A stretch of 64,000 nt of DNA from Epithemia pelagica (Eukaryota > Protista > Bacillariophyta): positions 2,170,001 to 2,234,000 of the forward strand of contig OX337228.1 in assembly GCA_946965045.2 (NCBI GenBank). Reading direction: 5' to 3'. The translations under genes were made by a program, and so were the position numbers. The notes beneath the pieces are model-generated. The model was not told where the DNA came from, did no database searches, and saw only the letters and a program-made list of their open reading frames with translations. This document shows, piece after piece, positions 52,263 through 61,906 of this stretch (its first letter is position 1; every line of letters starts with the position of its first letter).

Positions 52263-54674
52263 ATGGCCTCTACCGCCGCCACAAGCGGTCCGAGGGCCAA
52301 GTGCGATCAAGTAGTGTTTGAGGCTCTTAGTAAAGCGACGGAGATTATAGTGTCTAGTCGCGGAGGCGGTGCCAATGGTCTTCATCCTCAGCAGCATCAG
52401 CCGCATCCTGCACAACGGCAGCAAAATTTTGGAGTTCCGTATCGACCCAACGTTGATACCACGCCAGTCTCATCACGATTCAATCTTACATTGCCCGAAA
52501 ACACGGCATTGCGCAGTATTCTGCAAAAGTGGAGAAGGGCTCTTCATTTACCAATCCGCTTGGATGTTTATTTTGAACACGAGGATAATCGTCGAGAGTT
52601 ATTGGAACGATGGTGTTTGGAATATGTGATGGGTGATGCCTTTTGGCGAGATCAACACAATAATGCGCTCTTGTCGAACGAAAGCACAGATCCAATTGTG
52701 CAGCTTCGACATGTTTGCAAGAAAATAGTTATTTGGCTGAGAACCTTGTACTGTTTTGCTCGCTTGATGCCGTCCGCGGCTTTTCTGAATACCAGCAACA
52801 ACAACTTGAATCAAAAACCCTTTTCATCTTCATCGCCCATTGGTTTTTCCCTGTATGCAGTGTCTGAGGATTCCGCAGATATTGCGCAGCTGAAGGAACA
52901 GGGTTTCTTATACCAACGCCAACCTGCATCTGCTGTCACTACCCCTTATGGTGAATTGTCGTGGCAAGTTTTGTACGCCCCTGGTGACACTGTACACCGT
53001 CTAGCGCCGCGACGAAACACTACAGAGGCCGGAAACCTCTTGAGGCCTCCGCCAACGACAAGTCATGCAATTCCCATTTCCAATGGTCGCCTGGAGGATG
53101 ATAGCAAACACCCCAATCATTTGTCTAATCATTTCGATAACGTCTTCCCACCCAACCACCCTGCGGCAGAAGAACGAATGATGATGCAAGGTGGAATACC
53201 ACAATCAGCACCTGCACACATGCACCACCATCTCTCCAAGGAACGAGCTAGAACCGATTTATGGCAAAACAACGGCCACCATGGAGCTATTCCACAGCAA
53301 AATACCTTCAACCCCAGATTATTCACCAATAGAGATAGACGTTCCACAATGGACGACCCAAGACAGCAAAATCTTCAACAAAGATTGATACCGCCACATG
53401 TATTACAACGGCGACACACAAGTGGTCAGGAGATGATGGAAGGTGAAAATGGCGCAAACAACAATACCTTGAAGAATTCTGAGAAAGGGGATCCTCCACA
53501 ACGGGTCAGAAGCGGTCTCTCATTGGCGTTAATGATGAGCGACGAAAATAATGAAGCAACTTCCAGTAGACGAGACGGCGACCATACGACCAATCACAAT
53601 CGTGACTCTGCAGCCGAAAAACGACGTGCTGCTCTACATCAAATGCCCCCTCACTTACAGCAGTCGTCCCCTGCCACACGATCCATCTCAAACGAGTATG
53701 GTTATGCTTACAACAATCATATTCCCTTGGAGAAACTACGGGCTGAATCAGGAGGTTCCATATCGGCTGTGCCACCGAGTGACACATTGCCGACAGCGAC
53801 ACCAGAAGCAATAGGTCATCAATCATCCCCAATTCCACCAACAGCAGCAAGTCCCTTGCTTGGCACAACGCCGCCATCAGGGGTCTTCCTTGGTACCATG
53901 GATCCTTATGTGACACCGCCTCCTCAAATTCCTTCGTTGGCCAATCTGTTGCCTCCTCGCAATCCTGCAGCGGCTACAATAGCCCCTCCATTTGCTTCAA
54001 GGCCTCCTGGATTTTCTCAAGATCGCCCTATCGTACCATCCCCTGGTGGCGTGGCTAAGCAGCAGCAAGTCGACAGACAGGAGCCCAATCCACAGCAGGA
54101 AATAGTAGACATCCCGCAGTTGACATCCTTGGATATGCTGCACCACAGTCCGTTTGGGCCCGGTGGCTCAATGCTCTCATCACTATCGGGTGGACCTGCT
54201 GTTTTTGGCTCTGAGGCAGCCAGTCTCTTTTACAACTCTGGAAGTGTCGATTTCCGAAATTCGTCTGGAGGCGGTATGAATATCACCATTCCAAACGAGG
54301 AGTACGAAGAGATGCCCTTTGCAGTGGACCAGTCGACTTCGGAAAATCCACCCCTGGTATCGTCATCCGCTACTCCAGGAACATCGTCCCACCTCTTGGC
54401 ATCTTCAGCGGCTGTGGCATCTTTTGCTCAAAAATGTTCTATGCAACAAAAACTGGAGATGTTTGATCGTCCATCGAAACAATTGGATGGCACCGAGGAA
54501 GGAAAGAGAAGCATTGATCAGGATATTGGCCAATTGGCTGATCAACTAGCGGACTTCCGGTCTTTTGGTGAATCGCTGCGCCTTAGTGGTGCAGTTTCCG
54601 CCAAGTCATTTACGCCAACTGCAGAAGTGGAGACTGCTCCAACGTCCTCACCATCGATGTCTCAACGAAAATGA
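52263..54674 (+). CDS. ATG13: Autophagy-related protein 13 (N-terminal HORMA domain plus disordered tail)
   Basis: KCDQVVFEALSKATEIIVSSR, SRFNL, PIRLDVYF...LLERWCLEY, KKIVIWLRTLYCFARLMPS. Confidence 0.85.
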   Translation: MASTAATSGPRAKCDQVVFEALSKATEIIVSSRGGGANGLHPQQHQPHPAQRQQNFGVPYRPNVDTTPVSSRFNLTLPENTALRSILQKWRRALHLPIRLDVYFEHEDNRRELLERWCLEYVMGDAFWRDQHNNALLSNESTDPIVQLRHVCKKIVIWLRTLYCFARLMPSAAFLNTSNNNLNQKPFSSSSPIGFSLYAVSEDSADIAQLKEQGFLYQRQPASAVTTPYGELSWQVLYAPGDTVHRLAPRRNTTEAGNLLRPPPTTSHAIPISNGRLEDDSKHPNHLSNHFDNVFPPNHPAAEERMMMQGGIPQSAPAHMHHHLSKERARTDLWQNNGHHGAIPQQNTFNPRLFTNRDRRSTMDDPRQQNLQQRLIPPHVLQRRHTSGQEMMEGENGANNNTLKNSEKGDPPQRVRSGLSLALMMSDENNEATSSRRDGDHTTNHNRDSAAEKRRAALHQMPPHLQQSSPATRSISNEYGYAYNNHIPLEKLRAESGGSISAVPPSDTLPTATPEAIGHQSSPIPPTAASPLLGTTPPSGVFLGTMDPYVTPPPQIPSLANLLPPRNPAAATIAPPFASRPPGFSQDRPIVPSPGGVAKQQQVDRQEPNPQQEIVDIPQLTSLDMLHHSPFGPGGSMLSSLSGGPAVFGSEAASLFYNSGSVDFRNSSGGGMNITIPNEEYEEMPFAVDQSTSENPPLVSSSATPGTSSHLLASSAAVASFAQKCSMQQKLEMFDRPSKQLDGTEEGKRSIDQDIGQLADQLADFRSFGESLRLSGAVSAKSFTPTAEVETAPTSSPSMSQRK

Positions 54675-55017
54675 GACCGGTGCCGCGGACTAAGGATGAC
54701 ATTTCGCTTGACCCTTGCCTTAGTGTAGAATCTATTGAAATTCGGTGAAAAGTCAAGTCTATATCTTAGATTGCTGTTATGAAGGTCTAAGAAGGGAAAA
54801 ATATTGCGTAGCTCAGCATATCGAATGATGTCTTGAAGTCTATCTACAAAGATCGTGGAGACAGAATAGAGAAAGTGGTATTCTGTCACAGTTTTCTTGT
54901 CGAATGATATTGGTTCCGGGCTTGCTCTTCGGCCAACTCGTTGTTCTTTGATTCGGAGTAGGCCACTGCACAAAATGCTTGCTCCAGAAAGAATCTGTGT
55001 GCGAGGTATTTAAAGTT

Positions 55018-55680
55018 TCAAGAAGAACTAAACTCGGGCACAAACTCAATGGGTTGGAAGTTCAAAAGGCTAGAACAACTGTCTTCAAGCATCCTCGAAA
55101 GCTCAATGAATTCAGTCGTTTCAGTATACAATCTGGCGCTCTTGTTTCTTTTCTGTGATCTTCTAAGGCGCTCCTCATCGAGTCTCGCTGACTCTATTCG
55201 TAATGCCTCTTCATACATCGCGTCCTCCCGTTCTTCGCCTGCACCACGAAGTTCCTTAATTGTCAGTTCTCTGTCAAGTTTCTTAGAGCGATTAATAAGG
55301 AGATCTTCAATGTCCTGAACTTTTTCGGCGTGGGCCAGGCGATCATCCATGTCGTCAACGGTTTTCTTGATTAATCTTCTGATGGCAGTCGATATGTATT
55401 TGTCCTGTTCCAAAAGTTGATCGTTCTTGAAACCTCGGAAATCAAGCTTGCAGTAAAACAGATTAGCTATCTGCTCAGGATCAAGAGGAGGAACCTCCCG
55501 TGTTTCGACGGAATCAGCAAAAGAAACTTTTCTTCTATTTTTCATTCCCATGGCCATGATGCACTCGAACTCGATCTTCGACTTTGAGAGAGGGGTCAAT
55601 TTTTTATGCTCGTTGAGAGAGTGAAAGCCCCCTTGTTGGGCAATACATTCGTATTCGTACTTTGGCATCAAATATGACAT
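55018..55680 (-). CDS. Hypothetical protein (KVSF...V..REV motif)
   Basis: 220-aa ORF, RRKVSFADSVETREVP...LFYCKLDFRGFK followed by a coiled-coil-like region. Confidence 0.6.
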   Translation of the reverse strand: MSYLMPKYEYECIAQQGGFHSLNEHKKLTPLSKSKIEFECIMAMGMKNRRKVSFADSVETREVPPLDPEQIANLFYCKLDFRGFKNDQLLEQDKYISTAIRRLIKKTVDDMDDRLAHAEKVQDIEDLLINRSKKLDRELTIKELRGAGEEREDAMYEEALRIESARLDEERLRRSQKRNKSARLYTETTEFIELSRMLEDSCSSLLNFQPIEFVPEFSSS

Positions 55681-56319
55681 GAGGCAATAATATTGGTACC
55701 ATAGACCAAATCTGAACGAGTAGTAGGGTTAAGGAATGCATCTGTCTCAATGTCATTTCGTCACGAATTGCAATTAAGATCACGATGGGGAAGATGCTGG
55801 TCCCAATTCGATTCACGAGGCAATTCTCTGTATATTATTGCCCTTTGCATCGTTTATCGCTTATCGTTTCGCGATGCTCGAACCTCGATCATGAGAATTT
55901 TTATTCGTAAAAACACCACAACGTGGTCCATGGTCCATCTCGTACGAGTACTCGTACTCGTTCGAACATTCATCATACGAGTAGTATCATATCGAGTATA
56001 AGTCCTGGTACAGTGGAGCCCCAGTCATTCTGGTCATGATATAGCTGGACGCCGCTACTGATAGTGCTTGGAAAAATCGATGCACCTTCGCTTTCCACTG
56101 GAAGCCACCTAGACATTAGTGAAGAAGGGGATATTCTACCTACCTAGGCAGGTTCGAAGTTCGAAGTGCATTCCTAAGGACCTTAATGTCCGGGCAGATG
56201 AAACACAAACGAGTTGCTTCAGCCGAGGCAGCTTTTTGTCATTTGCAATATCAGACATAGACATATCTGTCTCCTATGGATCGTATGGAGTCTATGGACT
56301 ACCTCTAGAGAACCGATTG

Positions 56320-57252
56320 CTACTGCTCGTCATCAGAATACTGGAATTTGGTGGAGAAGCATTTCTGCGTATCGATTTGTCCACCTGTTCGAGCGATACC
56401 ATTAAATGATCTCTTTCTTTTCGTCTTTTCGTGGCGGAAATCTTTGCCCCGAACAGACAGCAACTTTTCGCTCGACCGCGCTCCAAAGCCCGACGATCCG
56501 AATGCACCTTCATACGAGTTGTCAGCAGCAGCCCCTCCAGCCTTTACTGCTTCGTTGCCCCAATAGTCGCTATCGACTCGCTTGAAAGGTGTTCCCTTGG
56601 CGCCCAAAGCCTGGGCCCCGTCTGTTCCTGCAGCAGTCTTGACAACGGTTGATGTTTGACTGGACGAAGTCGCTTTAGATGGAGGCGTAGGCTTCCAATT
56701 CAGCGCAGCTTCAGTAGCTTCCTTTGCTTTACGTGCTTTTGCCTTGGCGAGAGCATCCTGTGCGGCCTTGATTTCTTCTTCGTCTTCTGACGAAGAAGCT
56801 GATGCAGCATCACTTTCTCTCTCGTCACCAGAACTATCACTACTTGATACTTCAACAGATGATACATCAGACACATCTGTATCCGAAACATCAGTATCTG
56901 AAACATTGTCTGTTTCCTCGGGTGTCACTACCTCAACCTTTCGTCTTTGTTCTTTGGAGGTTTTCGCTTTTTTTATTGGTCTGTCCGGCATTCCTTTCTT
57001 TGATGAATTTGAAATGGATTGCTTTCCTTCGCTGGTTTCTTTATCCGTTATCTTCTTGGTGGATTCTTTGGCATCCCGTCCAGTTTCTTCCCAGCGAAGA
57101 CAAACGGGTCGTTTCGTCGACGGCAGCACGCCATCATGTCGTTTTTTCAGTTCTTTCTCCAACGAGCGAGCGGCTTTCTCAAATTCCAGCAATTTCAAAT
57201 GGTCTATAATGGCCAATGCCACAGCTATTTCTCTCTTTTGTTTCTTTTTCAT
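56320..57252 (-). CDS. SRP40: SRP40/Nopp140 (NOLC1)-like nucleolar protein with LisH-like N-terminus
   Basis: AIIDHLKLLEFEKAARSLEKE (LisH-like), S/D-rich acidic tract, C-terminal PFKRVD...DNSY...GARSSEKLLSVRGKDFRHEKTKRKR. Start taken at ATG 57252; an upstream exon is possible. Confidence 0.85.
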   Translation of the reverse strand: MKKKQKREIAVALAIIDHLKLLEFEKAARSLEKELKKRHDGVLPSTKRPVCLRWEETGRDAKESTKKITDKETSEGKQSISNSSKKGMPDRPIKKAKTSKEQRRKVEVVTPEETDNVSDTDVSDTDVSDVSSVEVSSSDSSGDERESDAASASSSEDEEEIKAAQDALAKAKARKAKEATEAALNWKPTPPSKATSSSQTSTVVKTAAGTDGAQALGAKGTPFKRVDSDYWGNEAVKAGGAAADNSYEGAFGSSGFGARSSEKLLSVRGKDFRHEKTKRKRSFNGIARTGGQIDTQKCFSTKFQYSDDEQ

Positions 57253-57586
57253 GGCTCTACTTGTCGATAGGTTTGATTGCTCGAGTTGGTTTGGTTGGAG
57301 ACTGGTCGAAGTCGAACAGAATGGATGGAGGTCAGATCGGAAGCAAATTCGATAGCTTTTGAGTCGCACATAAAAAGTTTCCTTCTTACCGCTTACTAAA
57401 AAAGTACGGTCCAACAAGGCCATCGCCACGACGCGGTCTCACTTCTCACTTTGCTCTAGGTATGTTACATGGTCATTCGAACGATTTGCTCTCCATCGCC
57501 ATGATATTGATATTCTAACCCCTACTTGTTTGCATTTTAAATGCTGGCATCATTAGTCTGAAGTCCAGCGATTGAAATTTGAAAAC

Positions 57587-57955
57587 ATGTCGTACGCCCC
57601 TCCAGTGAAGAAGGATGTCGAGGCCGTGGCCGAAGACGAAGTGGTTCACCGCATTCGAATTACGCTGACTTCGCGCAACGTTGCAAACTTGGAAAAAGTT
57701 TGTGATGTGCTCAAGAAAAGTGCATTGGATCAGGAATTGCACGTTTCTGGACCGGTCCGTCTTCCGACCAAACATTTGCGTATCACAACAAGAAAAGCTC
57801 CTTCTGGAGAAGGTACCAATACTTGGGATCGTTTTGAAATGCGCATTCATAAGCGAATCATTGACTTGCATGCCCCATCCAAGGCTGTCAAATCCATTAC
57901 CTCCATTTCCATTGAACCTGGTGTAGAGATTGATGTGACCATTAACGACCGCTAG
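57587..57955 (+). CDS. RPS20: 40S ribosomal protein S20 (uS10)
   Basis: [19 protein letters not shown]...[40 protein letters not shown]. Confidence 0.97.
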   Translation: MSYAPPVKKDVEAVAEDEVVHRIRITLTSRNVANLEKVCDVLKKSALDQELHVSGPVRLPTKHLRITTRKAPSGEGTNTWDRFEMRIHKRIIDLHAPSKAVKSITSISIEPGVEIDVTINDR

Positions 57956-58295
57956 ATAGATTGAAACTATAGTTGTCTCGTATTGATGCTGCGTTTCAGA
58001 AATGCGTCTCTTACTGCTCATGGTAGATTGAAGCCCAATAGTCTTTGTAAAGAGCATCAAAGGAATTGTCAAAGTTAGGAGAGTATAATGGGATCGACAT
58101 GACTAGGAGTACCTTATGGATGTTGGATAATATGGATAGCTACCCTGCATTGTACTTAGTCAAAATTTTATTCAACGGTCGCCCGGGCGTATCTTTCAAG
58201 ATTGCACAGACAAATCTGGTATTTCATTTTTTCGACAAGTGACTTTTTTTCTCTTTCCTCTTTTATCGATATCTTGGAGACCTGGCCAGTCAGAC

Positions 58296-61200
58296 ATGAG
58301 CTCTGCTGCAGCCAAGGACAGCAATACCAATGCTGCTGGCACGAAGTCGTCAAAAGGGACGAAGCAACCGGCGCCTGCGTCCAATGAGCTTGTGGGATGG
58401 GTCTGGCTTGGCGTCGCTGGGTACCTAGCCTTTATCTTTGGAGTGGCTGCATACAAGATCAGGATGGGTGCTATTGAAGAGTACGGTCGAGTGATTCATG
58501 AGTTTGACCCCTACTTTAATTATCGTGCCACAGAGGTAAATGGAACAAGATTCTTGGGAAGCGACCTTGGTGACGAGGACTTAAAGACTCATTCCAAATC
58601 GTTTTTTATAGTATTTGTATTGGAACGGATGGGAGCGCTTCACCAAATGGTTCGACTACATGTCATGGTATCCATTGGGACGTCCAGTAGGAACGACAAT
58701 ATACCCTGGAATGCAAGTGACGGCTGTGTGGATCAAGAATCATGTTTTGCCCGACTGGTCCATTAACGATATCTGTTGCTTCATTCCATCTTGGTTTGGA
58801 GTCGCGGCGTCCATTGTTACTGGTTTGATTGCGTATGAAGCATCTCTTGCGGTGAATTCCTCAAATACCCTCATTGGATTCTTTGGCGATGTGATCAAAG
58901 GAGAGATTTCCACACCGGTCCTGTCAACACAACCACTCAATGGTATTCCGAGTAAATTCTACGGATTGTCGTCTCCCGCTTTGGAATGTCTACTTGCTAC
59001 CATGGGATTCATGGCGATTGTTCCTGCTCATTTGATGCGAAGTATTGGAGGCGGATATGACAATGAAAGCATTGGTAAGTTGTACATGCCGATCGTGTAT
59101 GGATAGACAAGCGACGTCTGGGCAGTTCCATAGTCTAACCCCGATTCAACAGCAATGACAACGATGGTGCTTACTTTTTATTTCTGGATGAGGTCCATTC
59201 GGACAGCTGATTCGTTGTCTTTTCTATATGGATTCATGACAGCCATTTCCTACTTTTACATGGTTGCCACATGGGGAGGGTACGTCTTTGTCCTCAATAT
59301 GATTGGTTTGCATGCGGCGGCGTTGGTCGCCATGGGACGGTTTCGCTTTGAAATTTGGGCCGCCTACTCCATCTTTTATGTTCTTGGAACTGTGCTCGCG
59401 ATGCAGATTCCTGTAGTGGGCTGGACTCCGTTGAAGTCACTCGAACAACTTGGTCCTGGTGTCGTCTTTCTGGCCTATCAGTTATTGTTTGTATCCGAGT
59501 TTTTGAGGAAACGATGGAAGCTAAGCCGCTTGGAGGGGTGGAAGTTGCGAATCAAGATTTTTGTTGGAGCATTTATTTTACTTGTGGTGGGTGTGGTTGT
59601 GTTGGCACCGTCCGGTTACTTTGGCCCACTAAGTAGTCGTGTCAGAGGATTGTTTGTCAAGCATACAAAGACAGGGAACCCGCTTGTCGATTCTGTTGCT
59701 GAGCATCAGGCTGCTTCTCCAAAGGCCTATTTCCAATACCTTCATCACGTTTGTTCGCTAGCACCGTTGGGTTTCATTCTCCTATTTGTCAGGCTCTCAG
59801 ATTCGGCCAGCTTCCTTCTCGTATGGGGTTCGGCAGCCTACTTTTTCAGCCATAAAATGGTCCGTCTCATTCTGTTGACGGCACCGATTGGTTGTGTCCT
59901 TGCAGGGATCGTTGTTGGTCGGTTATTTGCCTGGTCTGTGTCGCAATTCTTTGACCAAACGGTAACTGTCAATACTGTGACGACTCCTAGTACTAGTGAT
60001 AAGACGACCAAGACGGATTCTGCAGCGCCTGCGACAAAGCCGGAAGCACAGAATAGCACCGGAGGCGGCGGTAAACGCAAAAAGAAGAAAGCGACAGCTC
60101 AAGGTGGAGGAAATACACCAATGGCTCCGCGCTCTAGCAGCTTGAAGCAAGGCCAATCCAGTTTCGCTGGGCTGATTCAAATGAGAGAAGCATTCGAAAC
60201 CAGTTTCAAGACGAAAGAAGGGATCATGGCAAAGCGGGGGGCAGCAGTGGTGTTCTTCTTTGCGTTGTACACCATAACGGTGAGATTTGTTCCGTACTGC
60301 TTTGCTCTGGCTAGGCAGCTGTCACACCCCACTGTCATACAAAAGGCTCGAACCCGCGACGGACAAACGGTTTACATTGACGACTATCGTGACGCGTACT
60401 TCTGGCTTCGTGACAACACACCCGAAGACGCCCGCATCATGGCATGGTGGGACTATGGTTACCAGATTGCTGGTATCGCAAACAGGACTACTATTGCGGA
60501 CGGCAACACGTGGAACCATGAACACATTGCACTTTTGGGCAAGGCCTTGACTTCGGAACTGGAAACAGGATACGAAATATCTCGACATTGGGCCGACTAC
60601 ATTCTTGTTTGGGCAGGTGGCGGTGGAGATGATTTGGCCAAATCTCCTCACCTGGCACGGATTGCAAACAGTGTTTACCGAGATCATTGTCCTGATGACC
60701 CCACATGCCGAGCATTTGGCTTTGTCGATCGCCAAGGAACACCTTCTGCCATGATGCGGCGGAGTCTTCTCTACACGCTTCACAGCAGTGGGATAAAGCC
60801 CGATGTGGAAGCGCCACCCGACAAGTTTGTGGAAAAATACAGGTCCAAGTATGGAAAGGTCCGTATCTGGAAGCTTCTAGGTGTTTCGGAAGAATCAAAG
60901 GCTTGGGTAGCGGACCCGGCCAATCGTAAATGCGATGTCCCCGGTTCGTGGTTTTGTCCAGGCCAATATCCACCAGGTCTCAGTTCAATTCTTTCGAGGA
61001 AGAAGGACTTCCAACAATTGGAAGATTTCAATCGTGGCGGCGGAGGGGACGATGAATACACAAAGCAGTACTTCTCGGATCTTCGTGACCCAGAGACGGC
61101 GCGAAGAAAAATCATGGAAAAGGCTCAGCAACAAGACGGGGGACCAGGAAAGCCATCCGTGTCAAAAGAAGAGCAGACCCGTCGAGCCGAAATGCTCTAC

Positions 61201-61470
61201 AAGAGTTATGAAGATACGGAGCAATCCACCATGATGTGGGAGTTTATCCACGGTGGCAATTTAAACGCCATTCGGACACTTTTGAATGAGGAGCCTTGGT
61301 GGGCTTTCTTGCGAAGCGCTGATGGTAGGGGACCAATGTGGTGGGCCTTTGAAGAACGGAACAATGAGATTGTACAATATCTCATGAGCATTGGAGTTCC
61401 GCACAATGATCGAGACAAGGAAGGGCTAACTCCGGCGGATCTGCAAGCACGGGCGTCATACCGAACCTAG
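58296..61470 (+). CDS. STT3: Oligosaccharyltransferase catalytic subunit STT3 with C-terminal ankyrin-like extension, 3 exons
   Basis: IHEFDPYFNYRATE|YLY...WYPLGRPVGTTIYPG, GGYDNESI|AM, SVAEHQ, WWDYGYQI, DLAKSPHLARI (DK motif); introns about 58536-58610 and 59075-59152. Confidence 0.95.
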
Positions 61471-61662
61471 GTAGACTGGCCTGGGACCTATAGTATTTCT
61501 CATTATTGCCATAAGTGTCGTATGCTTAAAGATTTTATGTCTATCACTTTTTGTGTTTTAATTCTTCTCTGTCCATTGCACTTCATCAGAACAAAAGGTG
61601 GAGCTACACTCGTATCAACTAAGACTCCAACACAAGGTTATCAATAGTCTACCCTATATTCC

Positions 61663-61845
61663 TGTTGGAAATACCAACGAAAGTGAGATCGCCCGGCGCG
61701 GTCAGAAGGCCAGTCACGAATTACCAAAGACAAGACCAAAGACGAGAGCTAAGCAAGTGAGTTGGGCCGACGTAGTGCGTGGACGAAGAGTAGAGTAAAG
61801 ATCTTATAATTTTACATCCTTAGGAAAACCCACTCCGTTCTAACA
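61663..61845 (+). mobile_element. 5' LTR (~183 bp) of a Copia-type LTR retrotransposon, followed by the PBS
   Basis: TGTTG...TAACA inverted termini, immediately followed by GGTTATTGAGCCCA (cf. the Copia GGTTATGGGCCCAG half-tRNA-iMet PBS). The 3' LTR lies outside the window. Confidence 0.75.
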
Positions 61846-61906
61846 GGTTATTGAGCCCAACTTCGGTACCTTGCTCTACGTCTGGGTTACCCCAAAGGGG
61901 AACGAC

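Noticed and set aside
61560-61662. CTCCAACACAAGGTTATC upstream of the LTR, resembling a second LTR end and PBS
   Set aside because: No matching TG start or similarity to the 61663 LTR could be seen.
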